This document shows, one piece after another, positions 29,183-39,052 of a DNA stretch of 64,000 nt (the first letter of the stretch is position 1; the number at the start of each line of letters is the position of its first letter). A program made the position numbers and the translations under genes. The DNA is from Campylobacterales bacterium (lineage in GTDB: Bacteria; Campylobacterota; Campylobacteria; Campylobacterales; Sulfurospirillaceae), in the NCBI GenBank assembly GCA_024280575.1, contig JAJRPV010000014.1, positions 49,593 to 113,592 of the forward strand. The letters are read 5' to 3'. The notes under the pieces are model-generated. The model did not search any database, was not told the DNA's origin, and saw only the letters and a list, made by a program, of their open reading frames with translations.

Positions 29183-31533
29183 TTGGAAGTTAATATATCA
29201 AACAACAATGAAATAATGGACTCTAAAGAGGCTTTTAGAACAATTTTACGCTACAAAGGATTTATCTCCTTTGTAGTATTTATATTTTTAATTGGTAGTG
29301 CTATATATGCATACTATGCAACTAGAATCTATCAATCAAGCACATCTATAGAGATACTCAAAGAAAACTCTAATGGCTCTAATGATATCATCTTAAAAGC
29401 TCTTGGTGGAGGAAAAGCAAATATAGACAATGAGATATCTGTTTTGCAATCAAGATGGATTATGCAACGGGCACTGGAAAAACTCAACTTAACAACTGAG
29501 TATTTTAGCATCAATGAATTTGAGAAAAAAACCGAACTATATAAAGACTCACCTTTTGTCGTAAATAAAAAAATACTCGAAGACGCCATTTATGGTAAAA
29601 CTTTTGAATTAATCCCAAAGACTGAAGATACTTTTGAATTGGTTATCAAACCTGTATCCGAATACTCCTTAAAAGGAATATTGGCAAAATTAGACATCCA
29701 ACCTCTGACTGAAAGTGATAAAATAGCTTATGATTCTATCCATAAATATGGCGAAGAAATTAGTACTCCACTGTTTACAGTCACCATTGACAAGATAAAA
29801 AAATTCGACGGAAAACACTATAGCTTTAGATTTGTCCAAAAAAATGATCTTTACAGTATGTATGTAAAACGCCTTACAATTAATCAGACATCAGAATATT
29901 CTTCTTTGCTAAATTTAACATTAGATGATGATGTGGCATTAAGAGCTAAAGAAATATTAAATTCTATAACACGCACATATATTGATCAGGGAATAAAAGC
30001 AAAAACAAGATCATCAGAAGCTGCTCTTGGTTTCATAGACAAACAACTTGAATACATAAGCAAAAGATTGAATAAATCAGCGTCAAATCTGGAACAATAC
30101 AAAGAAAAAAATAATGCTGTTGATATCGGACAAAAAGCAAGCCTGGCTGCTAGTAAAATCGCAGAATACGAATCGAAAGAACTGGAACTCCAGACAGAAA
30201 TAAATATATTGACCAATGTGCAGCGTTTTATAAACAAAAATGAAGATTTATCCGGTTTGACTGTAGGAGCAATTAATTTTGCAGATAAAAACCTAGGTAC
30301 ACTTATAGTGAAACTTCAAGATATGCTTAGCCAAATAAGTGATTTGCTAACAGATTTTACTGAATTGCACCCTGAAGTACAAAAACTAACAAAAAGTATT
30401 TCAAAGATGAAAAGATCAATCAAAATCGCTCTAAGAAGTAATTTAGGACAACTACATCAAAGAAAAAATGCTTTAGTTAAAATGGTCTCTAGATACAATG
30501 CTATGCTTAGAAATCTTCCTTCTAAAGAAACTAAGATTGCGGCTCTAAATAGACCTTTTGATGTAAATCAAAAGATATATGAGTATTTACTGCAAAAAAG
30601 AGCTGAAACTGCAATCTTAAAATCATCTACAGTTTCGCGCGCAAGAATTCTTGATTCTGCAAAGGAAATGATACTCCAATCAAGCCAAGAATAAAAATAA
30701 TAATGCTAATAGGATTAATATTAGGATTAATTGCCGGTGTATTAATTACCTTCTTAAGAGAATTCTTAATTTATACTATAAAAAATGCAGAAGAAGTAGA
30801 AAAATTAACTACCATACCAATATACGGTGTGATACCTCTGAAGAAAAACAGATTAACTAGAAACATATCTGCTGAAACTTTTAGAACTGTAAGAACAAAC
30901 CTACAATTTTTACCAGGTAAAAACAACAATCAAATAATATCTATAACTTCATCTGTTTCAGGCGAAGGAAAAACTACAGTCGTAGCATCTTTAGGTGAGA
31001 TATTAGCTCATGGAGATAAAAAAGTAATAGCTCTAGATGTTGACTTGCGTAAAGCTTCGCTGCATGATATATTTCAAATTAAAAATGACATAGGTATGTC
31101 AGATTACTTGATATCAAAAAATTCTCTTGAAGAGGTGATAAAAGCAACTGATGTTCCTGGCTTTGATGTTATAACAACAGGAACTTTACCTCCGAATCCA
31201 TCTGAACTAATCTTATCGCCTGCTTTTACTAATCTTTTACAGATTCTCAGAACAAAGTATGACTATATTCTCATAGATACTCCACCTGTAGGATTGGTAA
31301 CTGATGCTGTTATAATCATGAACTACGCAGACATTTCACTTGTTGTTGTAAGAGCAGAATATACCAGAAAAGAGTTTATAAAAAATATTGACAGATTAGC
31401 AAAAGAGCACTCCGGCAATAAAGTAGGAATCATACTAAATGGCACAAAAATAGGCGCACAATACGGTTATGGTTACGGATCAAGTTATGCCTATGGATAT
31501 GGCAATTCAAAATACTATAAAAATAGAAAGTAG
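29183..31533 (+). pseudogene. wzc: Polysaccharide co-polymerase / BY-kinase (Wzc/GumC) with -1 frameshift at A3 run 30666-30668
   Basis: N-terminal TM, coiled-coil periplasmic domain, Walker A SGEGKTT, DTPP, Tyr cluster YGYGYGSSYAYGYG; one extra A restores AKENDTPIKPRIKIIM. Confidence 0.88.
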
Positions 31534-31543
31534 GAGATGTATA

Positions 31544-32014
31544 ATGGATAATCATGAAAAGCAAAGAGTAATTAAAAGCATCGTTCCAAAAGCAATACTA
31601 AAAGCTCTGACGGATGGATCAAAGTATGCTATTACCAAAAAAAATTATGAACTTGATGTAATTCCTATATATAATTATCCTTTTAAAATCGGTCGCGAAG
31701 CAAGAGTTGAGCATACTAAAGGCGATATAATAGTCAAAGAAAGGCACAATTTTGATTCTTCAACACCTAGCAATGATGCATATCTAGTGGATAATGGCAA
31801 GCTTTTACAAATATCGAGAAGGCATTGTGCTATCGCAGCAGAAAATAATGGATATAGATTAGAAGACAGAGGAAGCGCCTGCGGATGCATGGTAAATGAT
31901 ATAAAAATTGGTGATGAGTTTGGTAATAATTGCAGATTGAAAGATGGGGATATCATCACACTTGGCTCACATAACTCTAACTATAAATTTCAGTTTATAA
32001 CACTTGAATCGTAA
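31544..32014 (+). CDS. FHA domain-containing protein
   Basis: KIGRE...ISRRHC...LEDRGS..G...LKDGDII.LG; SD AGGAG before ATG 31544. Confidence 0.85.
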   Translation: MDNHEKQRVIKSIVPKAILKALTDGSKYAITKKNYELDVIPIYNYPFKIGREARVEHTKGDIIVKERHNFDSSTPSNDAYLVDNGKLLQISRRHCAIAAENNGYRLEDRGSACGCMVNDIKIGDEFGNNCRLKDGDIITLGSHNSNYKFQFITLES

Positions 32015-32015
32015 A

Positions 32016-32756
32016 TTATAGAAAATCATTTTTTATATAATTTTTTTCAAATATTTTTGGATAAAGCTTATGTTTTAGTGCTTTATTAAATGCGTCAACA
32101 TATTTTTCAGAATGAATATCGCTACCGATAAAATCAACCAGCCCTGCATTTATAATCTCTTCTGCTGATTTTTTAGCTTTCTTGCCATAAAATCCTTGTA
32201 GTGAGACAAGATTTATCTGAAACAACAAACCCAAATCTTTTAGAGCATAATAGTCATCTATATCGTTAAAGAAAAGGTATCTCTCAGGATGTGCAAGAAT
32301 AGGGTTGTATCCTAACTCTAAAAGTCTAAATACTACTTGTGCGATTCCAATTGGTTTGACATGAAATGAAAATTCAAAAAGTACATAATTATCACCAAAA
32401 GTGAGTAAATCTTTTTTATTAATCAATTCTAAGAAATGTTCATCATAATAGTATTCAGATGCCACTTGCAAGTCTATATTGATATTGTACTTTATAAGTT
32501 CTTTTTTGAGTATTTCATATCTATACAATATGGCATTCTTGCTATTTGGAAAACGATGTCTCATAATATTAGGAGTTGTAATAATTTTTTTAAACCCCAT
32601 CTCTTGCAACTGCTTGATTATTGATATACTTTGCTTTAAATTTTTCACACCATCGTCAATAGCCGGTATTAAATGCGAATGTAGGTCTATGGTATGCAAT
32701 AAATCAAACTTTTCATCAGATGAAAAACTCAATTTTTCTATTAACTTATTAAACAT
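32016..32756 (-). CDS. CpsB/CapC (PHP-family) protein-tyrosine phosphatase
   Basis: DLHSHLIPAIDDG, AHPERY, GSDIH; the usual TPH motif reads TPN. Confidence 0.9.
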   Translation of the reverse strand: MFNKLIEKLSFSSDEKFDLLHTIDLHSHLIPAIDDGVKNLKQSISIIKQLQEMGFKKIITTPNIMRHRFPNSKNAILYRYEILKKELIKYNINIDLQVASEYYYDEHFLELINKKDLLTFGDNYVLFEFSFHVKPIGIAQVVFRLLELGYNPILAHPERYLFFNDIDDYYALKDLGLLFQINLVSLQGFYGKKAKKSAEEIINAGLVDFIGSDIHSEKYVDAFNKALKHKLYPKIFEKNYIKNDFL

Positions 32757-32837
32757 TTTTACTCTTTTCCATAACTCAATAATTTATAAACTTATTTAAT
32801 CATTTTAATATTACTTATATCCAATTTTAACCAAATA

Positions 32838-33098
32838 CTAGCTTTTACTTGTCATTTTATATATAAAACTAAAAACTTCTGCTACTGCTTTATAAAGATT
32901 TTGCGGTATCTCTTTGTCTATCTCCACTTTGCTTAAGAGCTCCACTAAATCTTCATCTTTTTTTATTGGTAAATTATAATCTTCTGCTATTTTTATAATC
33001 TTTTTGGCAACCTCGCCTTTTCCACTGGCCCTTACTTTTGGGGCACTGTCTTTTTCTTTGTTATATTTTAAAGCTATAGCCTTTTTTAGTTTAGACAT
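32838..33098 (-). CDS. FlhB C-terminal-like protein (EscU/YscU/HrcU family)
   Basis: KKAIALKY...APKVRASGKGEVAKKII..A..EIP..LY.AVAEV; likely ATG at 33098. Confidence 0.88.
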   Translation of the reverse strand: MSKLKKAIALKYNKEKDSAPKVRASGKGEVAKKIIKIAEDYNLPIKKDEDLVELLSKVEIDKEIPQNLYKAVAEVFSFIYKMTSKS

Positions 33099-34041
33099 GC
33101 AAGCTGATTCCCATGCCCTTGCTTTGGCTAAGTGCATAATCTCTTGCATCGTTTTTTATCTTTTTATCTCGCATAAAATCATATAAGTATATATTTGAAG
33201 GTATCAATCCTACACTACTTATACCCTCTTTTAATATTTGTAAATTCTCTCTAATTTTCTCTAAAAATTTATCACTTTGCACAAAGAAAGAGATATTTAA
33301 ATAGATATCATCAAACAGCATCACGAGTAAATCAATCTTTCCGATATTTTTTAATTTTAGATTTATTTCACAAAAATACTTCTTTTGTTTTAGCTTTTTA
33401 ATACTGATTTGCCCCTCATCTAACTGTTCCCACAAAAGAGGAAGATACAATATATTTGCACCCAAGCTAAAAGATGCAAGCTGATAATAACTGATGTTTG
33501 TCAGTACCCTGTTTACCTTAGCAAGAGTATCTTTTGCACTTGGGTCATTGCTTGAGCCAAGCTCCTCTTTTAACTGCAGAAGAGCACCTTTCACATCATC
33601 CAATATCACTTTTTTTGGATCTGTAGTACTATTTGCTAATTTTGTTTCCAAAAAAATACCCGATTTGCTTATCTGTTTTTGCAAAGACTCGGCATCTAAT
33701 TCACTTATATCTAAAAGTAATTTTTCCAAAGAAGATGTTGTTTTTAAAGTTAATTTGCTATCTTTTAAATCATTTATAACAGATTTTAAATCTAAAGAGA
33801 TATTTTTTATATTTTGCAAAATATTTTCATCTTTTAGAATCTTCAATACCATATCTTTAGATTTTTCACCACTAATCAAGTCTTTAAAAAGAGAATCAAG
33901 AAGAGTTTTGATGGTAAAATCTTTAATCTCTTGCTTATTTGAAACTTCAGCTTTTTCTATACTGTTTAAATTTTGCTTTTCCCCACCTGCTTTGATATTA
34001 TCCCTGTTTGGTATAAAATTTTCAGATGCAAATATTTTCAT
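33091..34041 (-). CDS. Flagellar hook-length control protein FliK-like
   Basis: SGIFLETKL, YYQLAS, C-terminal FCEINLKLKNIGKIDL FliK-C-like region; next to the FlhB-like gene. Confidence 0.65.
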   Translation of the reverse strand: MKIFASENFIPNRDNIKAGGEKQNLNSIEKAEVSNKQEIKDFTIKTLLDSLFKDLISGEKSKDMVLKILKDENILQNIKNISLDLKSVINDLKDSKLTLKTTSSLEKLLLDISELDAESLQKQISKSGIFLETKLANSTTDPKKVILDDVKGALLQLKEELGSSNDPSAKDTLAKVNRVLTNISYYQLASFSLGANILYLPLLWEQLDEGQISIKKLKQKKYFCEINLKLKNIGKIDLLVMLFDDIYLNISFFVQSDKFLEKIRENLQILKEGISSVGLIPSNIYLYDFMRDKKIKNDARDYALSQSKGMGISLHV

Positions 34042-34706
34042 GATTTTAGATTTTGGATAATAACAGTTTTTCCTTTGCTGTTTTCCTTGCAATACTCAAC
34101 AATTTTTCCGTGAAACCTGCTAAAAACCGTATTTACACTCATTTCTTTTTGATACAGCTCATCTATCTTGTCTTGATTTGATAAAATTCCATCACTCATC
34201 CACTCCTGCAACTCTTCATAACTTTCAAAATCATATCCAAAAGCTGACAATAATCTCATAGTATAATTATCGACCGCAAAGTAATCTTTTAAACATCCAT
34301 AGCACAATATAGAATCTGCACTTTCTCGCCCTATGCCTTTTTGAGCAAGCAACCAGTCCCTATCCACCATCATGCAAAATTCTTCAAAACTTCCAAAATC
34401 TTTTATGATATTTTTTGAGATTCCCAAAAGGTACTTAGCTTTTGTGTTATAAAAACCGCTTGGTTTTATAAGCAAAGATAAGGTTTTTAAATCCAATTTA
34501 GCAATTTCCTCAAGAGAGTTTATGCCATTTTCTTTCAAATTATCCAGACTTTTTTCTACTTTTTCCCACTTAGTCTGCTGAGTTAAAATCACCCCCACTA
34601 CAACTTCATAGCTCCCGCTTTTAGGCCACCAAAGAGGATCTCGAGAGCTTTTTATAAAGCCGGCATTCTTCAACATTACTAAAAGTTCAAAACTATCATT
34701 TAACAT
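34038..34706 (-). CDS. HhH-GPD DNA glycosylase (3-methyladenine glycosylase MagIII/endonuclease III-like)
   Basis: WWP, ILTQQTKWEKV, IKPSGFYNTKA, LLAQKGIGRESADSIL, VDNYT.R; start could be 34706 or 34718. Confidence 0.85.
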   Translation of the reverse strand: MLNDSFELLVMLKNAGFIKSSRDPLWWPKSGSYEVVVGVILTQQTKWEKVEKSLDNLKENGINSLEEIAKLDLKTLSLLIKPSGFYNTKAKYLLGISKNIIKDFGSFEEFCMMVDRDWLLAQKGIGRESADSILCYGCLKDYFAVDNYTMRLLSAFGYDFESYEELQEWMSDGILSNQDKIDELYQKEMSVNTVFSRFHGKIVEYCKENSKGKTVIIQNLKS

Positions 34707-34737
34707 CTGCGTCCCCATAAAAAAGGTAAATACTTTA

Positions 34738-34815
34738 GTATTTTCAGCGAGCACCTCAAAAGAGGCTCAGACCAACGGGAGGATTTGTCTCTTTTGAGGT
34801 GCTCGCTGAAAATAC
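34738..34815. repeat. Perfect 27-bp inverted repeat with 24-nt spacer
   Basis: GTATTTTCAGCGAGCACCTCAAAAGAG (34738-34764) / CTCTTTTGAGGTGCTCGCTGAAAATAC (34789-34815). Confidence 0.95.
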
Positions 34816-34822
34816 GATAAGA

Positions 34823-34869
34823 CTATTTTAGCAAAACAAAAGCTATTTTAGAAAACAAAAGCTATTTTT
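34823..34869. repeat. Short tandem duplication (~2.4 x 19-20 nt) including the mfd stop codon
   Basis: CTATTTTAGCAAAACAAAAG / CTATTTTAGAAAACAAAAG / CTATTTTT starting at 34823, 34843, 34862. Confidence 0.75.
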
Positions 34870-37831
34870 TCCTTAAAAATATCAATATCGCATTTATCAA
34901 ATCATCATCATCTTTACTTCTTGATTTCAACAAAACTTTTCGCTCGTCACTGTATTTTACCGTAATATTTTGAGCATAGTTAGAGATAGATATTATATCT
35001 TTTAGACTAGAGAGTATCTTGATATTTATGATTTGCAAAAACTGTGCTGTTATCTCGTCTATCTTACCAAATCTATCTATTAATTCTTCTTCAATATCAA
35101 GAACATCTCTCAAACTTTCACATTTGCTAAGTCTTCTGTATATCTCAAGTCTTACACGATCTTCTCTTATATAGTCACTGTTTATATAGGCATTTACACT
35201 TAGTTTTATATCTATATGTTTTGTTTGAACCGAGGTTTTATTTAACAGTGTATTTATAGCATCTTCTAACATTTTTAGATACAAAGAGTAGCCTATATTT
35301 TTTATATGCCCGCTTTGAGCCTCGCCTATGAGATTTCCACCGCCTCTTATCTCTAAATCATGATACGCCAAAACTGAACCGCTTCCAAGATATGAGTTAG
35401 ACTCAAGCGCTATAAGCCTTTTTTTGGATGCATCGCTTAATTTATCTCTGTTTTCAACAAGAAAATAACAAAACCCCTGTTTTTTTGCACGCCCTACTCT
35501 TCCTCTTAGTTGATGTAAATCTGCCATACCAAAGTTATCGGCACCATCAATCATAATAGTATTTACATTTGGTATATGGATGCCTGATTCTATGATGGAA
35601 GTGCTTAAAAGCATATCGTACTCGCCCTCTTGGAATCGTAACATCTCTTTTTCACTAATGTTTGGTGCAACTTTGGAGTGTAAAACCAAAATTTTCAATT
35701 TAGGTAAAATACTTTGAAGCTCTTTTTTCTTATTTTCTATCGAAGCTATTCTGTTATGCACAAAAAAGATTTGCCCACCTCTTCTAAGTTCTCTTAAGAT
35801 AGCCTCTTTTATCACAACTTCATCATACTCTTTTACGAAAGTTCTCACATCTTCTCTTTCATCAGGAGGAGTAAGGAGTTTGGAGTATTGTTTGATTGAG
35901 CTTAATGCCATATTTAAACTTCTTGGAATCGGCGTGGCACTCATGGAGAGTATATGTATATTTTCCCTCATATTTTTGAGTTTTTCTTTTTGTTTAACAC
36001 CAAATTTATGCTCTTCGTCTATAACTATGAGAGCTGGATTATGGAGCTCTTTATCAAGCAGTGTGTGAGTTCCTACACAAACTTTTAGGCTACCGTCTTT
36101 TAAATCTTTGAGTATAATATTTTTTTGACGCGCGGTTGTAAATCTGTCTAACTTTTCGACTCTTATATCGTATCTCTTAAACCTGTCATTTAGACTGACA
36201 AAATGCTGAGAACTTAAAAGTGTGGTTGGAGCAATCAAGATTGTCTGAAAACCGGCCAGGGCAGTAGCAAACATAGCATTCATGGCAACTTCTGTTTTTC
36301 CAAAGCCCACATCTCCACTTAAAAGCCTATCCATCATTTTTCCACTTTTTAAATCACTAAATATCTCATTGATACTTGTATCCTGATCCGCGGTATAAAC
36401 AAATCCACTGTCTTGTTGGAACTTTTTTATCTCCTCTTTTTGGGTGTTTATCTTAAGAGCGTCTATCATTTCTCTTTTTGCGGCAGTTTCAATAATCTCT
36501 TTGGCTATGGCAAAAAGCTTTTCTCTAGTTTTTGCTTTTAGTTTGGCAAAACTTCCTTGACCTAATTTATCAACGATAGCTAGCGAACCACTACTTGCTA
36601 TATATCTATCTATCACATCGAGATTTTCAACAGGCAGTAAAAGTTTGTCGTCGCCTTGATAGACAATTTGCACAAAATCTCTTGTTGAGCCTAAAACTTT
36701 ACTGTTAATCAAACCCTTAAAGATGCCAATTCCGTAATTTTCATGTACTACATAATCACCTGTTTTTAATTCATCAAGCAAGATTGTAGCTTTTCTTCTT
36801 CTCTTTTTCTTGGTAATTTTATTTAAAGATATGATTATTTCATCACTGCTCATGAGATTTAGCGACAATGAACTTTCTCTAAATTTTACTTTTTTGGGAT
36901 TTAATCCTGCCTGTTTTAACAATACTTCATTTTTGGCTAAAATTATCTTTCTCTTATCTTTATGAAATTCAAAAAAGTTCGTTATCGAGGATATCTCTAT
37001 CGGTTTATAGATTATAGGCTCAGGCAAAGTCTCCACATGTAGGACACTTTCTTTAACTCCCTCGTTAAATATCGAAATCTCATCTATCTCGCTACTCATA
37101 TCACTGGCAAAAGAGGTTTTAAAGCATTTTAAATACTCATCTCCAAATTTACCTAAAGCCCAAAGCCCTAGGGAATGTATATCTTTTTCAAAACTGTCGC
37201 TTTCTAGATTTTCTATATTTTTATTTATCTTTTCATATTTATCTTTATCAAGTGCAAAAACAGCGGGATAAATCTCTATCTGTTCCAACTCTTCTTTGTA
37301 GCTTTTTTGAGATTCACACTCAAACTCTCTTAAACTTTCAACTTCATCATCAAATAGGGAAATTCTTACAGGTTTATCAAGATTATTTGGAAAAATATCT
37401 ATGATATCCCCTCTAAAAGAGGCTTCTCCGCTAGCTTCTACTACATCTACCATCCTGTAACCCCAGTAAAAAAGCTCATCTTTTAAACTGTTTATATCAA
37501 CTCTTGATGCAAACTCTATCGTTTTAGTTTTGAAAAGTTCTTTTTTTGGAAGTGGAGTTAAAAGAGTACGAATAGGGGAAACCAGTATTTTTTTACTGGA
37601 ATTATCCTTATAATATTTGCTCAACTGCGAAAAAAGCTGACTAACTTCCAAAGAATATGGAAGTAAATCATCGCCAGAACTGACTCTCAAATCAGGTAGT
37701 ACATAAGTTTTTTTATTTAAAAATTCTAAAGCCTGCGAAGCTAAAAAAGCATCTTTATCGTTTTTTACACAAAGTAACTCTATATCTCGTTTATTGTTTT
37801 TAAAATATTCATAGCAAGTGGCTTGTATCAG
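34862..37831 (-). CDS. mfd: Transcription-repair coupling factor; frame open upstream of the called TTG to a CTG at 37831
   Basis: RGDIIDIF, DYVVHENYGIG, GDVGFGKTE, DEEHKFG, SATPIPR, QLRGRVGR. Confidence 0.96.
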   Translation of the reverse strand: MIQATCYEYFKNNKRDIELLCVKNDKDAFLASQALEFLNKKTYVLPDLRVSSGDDLLPYSLEVSQLFSQLSKYYKDNSSKKILVSPIRTLLTPLPKKELFKTKTIEFASRVDINSLKDELFYWGYRMVDVVEASGEASFRGDIIDIFPNNLDKPVRISLFDDEVESLREFECESQKSYKEELEQIEIYPAVFALDKDKYEKINKNIENLESDSFEKDIHSLGLWALGKFGDEYLKCFKTSFASDMSSEIDEISIFNEGVKESVLHVETLPEPIIYKPIEISSITNFFEFHKDKRKIILAKNEVLLKQAGLNPKKVKFRESSLSLNLMSSDEIIISLNKITKKKRRRKATILLDELKTGDYVVHENYGIGIFKGLINSKVLGSTRDFVQIVYQGDDKLLLPVENLDVIDRYIASSGSLAIVDKLGQGSFAKLKAKTREKLFAIAKEIIETAAKREMIDALKINTQKEEIKKFQQDSGFVYTADQDTSINEIFSDLKSGKMMDRLLSGDVGFGKTEVAMNAMFATALAGFQTILIAPTTLLSSQHFVSLNDRFKRYDIRVEKLDRFTTARQKNIILKDLKDGSLKVCVGTHTLLDKELHNPALIVIDEEHKFGVKQKEKLKNMRENIHILSMSATPIPRSLNMALSSIKQYSKLLTPPDEREDVRTFVKEYDEVVIKEAILRELRRGGQIFFVHNRIASIENKKKELQSILPKLKILVLHSKVAPNISEKEMLRFQEGEYDMLLSTSIIESGIHIPNVNTIMIDGADNFGMADLHQLRGRVGRAKKQGFCYFLVENRDKLSDASKKRLIALESNSYLGSGSVLAYHDLEIRGGGNLIGEAQSGHIKNIGYSLYLKMLEDAINTLLNKTSVQTKHIDIKLSVNAYINSDYIREDRVRLEIYRRLSKCESLRDVLDIEEELIDRFGKIDEITAQFLQIINIKILSSLKDIISISNYAQNITVKYSDERKVLLKSRSKDDDDLINAILIFLRKK

Positions 37832-37832
37832 T

Positions 37833-38213
37833 TTATCTTTCCTTCTTTGAGATATCTTTGTCAGATTTCATAGTGCTTTGTCCATTAAATATAGCATTTG
37901 CTTCTACCATCAACTCTTTAGAAATAACTTTTCCTTTACAAGTGCTACCGATCAATAATTCAATACTATCACAATCAGCGCCACCTTCTAAAAATCCGTT
38001 TAATATCAATTTCTTAGCTTTAATATTTCCATAAAATTTTCCTTTTTTACCTATGGTTACCATACTCTTTGATATTATCTCTCCCCGCACTTCACCATCT
38101 ATATGTATTCTTGTCGTACAGTTTAAAACACCTTCTATCTTTGTTCCACTGGCTATTATGGTTGTTTCTGATGAAGAAATTGATTGTTGTTCATGCTTAT
38201 TAAAGACTCCCAT
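37833..38213 (-). CDS. Bactofilin (CcmA-like polymer-forming cytoskeletal protein)
   Basis: TTIIASGTKIEG...IHIDGEV.G.I beta-helix repeats; follows an M23 peptidase as in the Helicobacter csd-ccmA locus. Confidence 0.9.
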   Translation of the reverse strand: MGVFNKHEQQSISSSETTIIASGTKIEGVLNCTTRIHIDGEVRGEIISKSMVTIGKKGKFYGNIKAKKLILNGFLEGGADCDSIELLIGSTCKGKVISKELMVEANAIFNGQSTMKSDKDISKKER

Positions 38214-39052
38214 GGCACTCTTCTCTCCTTTTTAAATATCTCTTTGAAATTATCTTTACTCCACTTTAAAAAATATATAGGATTTAGTGGTCTCAATATA
38301 AATCTAACTTCATAATGGAGATGAGGTCCCGTTGAGAGCCCACTATTTCCAGTATATCCGATAATTTCACCTTTTCTTACAAATTGTCCAGCTTTTACAA
38401 TCATCTTTTTATATAAATGCCCATACCGTGTTTGAAAACCAAAATTATGATCTATTATTACAAGATATCCGTAGCCACTATTTTTATTAAATCCCGCAAA
38501 TTCAATAACTCCATTAGCTGGAGATTTAATTGGTGTTTTTCTGCTTGCTTTTAAATCTATACCTCTATGAAATTCTCTTCGTTTTAAAATCGGATGTTTT
38601 CTCCATCCAAATTTTGCAGTAATTCTCATATCCGGCAAAACATTTCCGCTTGGTATAGAATTTAATAAAGATTGTTCCTGAATCTTTGTTAAATTTATAT
38701 TTTCCAGTCTTGTGTTAATCTCTTCGGTACTATCTGGCGTTAGACCTATCAACTCTTCTATATCACTTACCTTATCTTTGATTTCTTAATACTCTTTTGT
38801 TTTTACACCAATTTCTTTTTCTAGTTTTGTATTGCTCTTTTTTAGTTTTACATATTCATGTTCAACTATCTCTTTTTTTGACTGAACAGCATCAACCTCA
38901 TACATCAAAAAAGAGATAAAAAAAGAACCTAATATGATAAGCAAGACAATAAACAAAGTAAAATACAACACAATTCTTTTCATAACCTGGTGAAGCAAAT
39001 AATGTTTTGAACCATAGATATCTGTGATAGTTATCGTAAATCTATTTTTCAA
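38156..39052 (-). pseudogene. M23 peptidoglycan endopeptidase (Csd1-like) with in-frame TAA at 38786-38788
   Basis: N-terminal TM, KEY*EIKDKVSDIEELIG in one frame, HRGID, YGHL, STGPHLHYE. Confidence 0.88.

Noticed and set aside
34738-34815. Autonomous IS element
   Set aside because: No transposase or target-site duplication; kept only as an unexplained palindrome.
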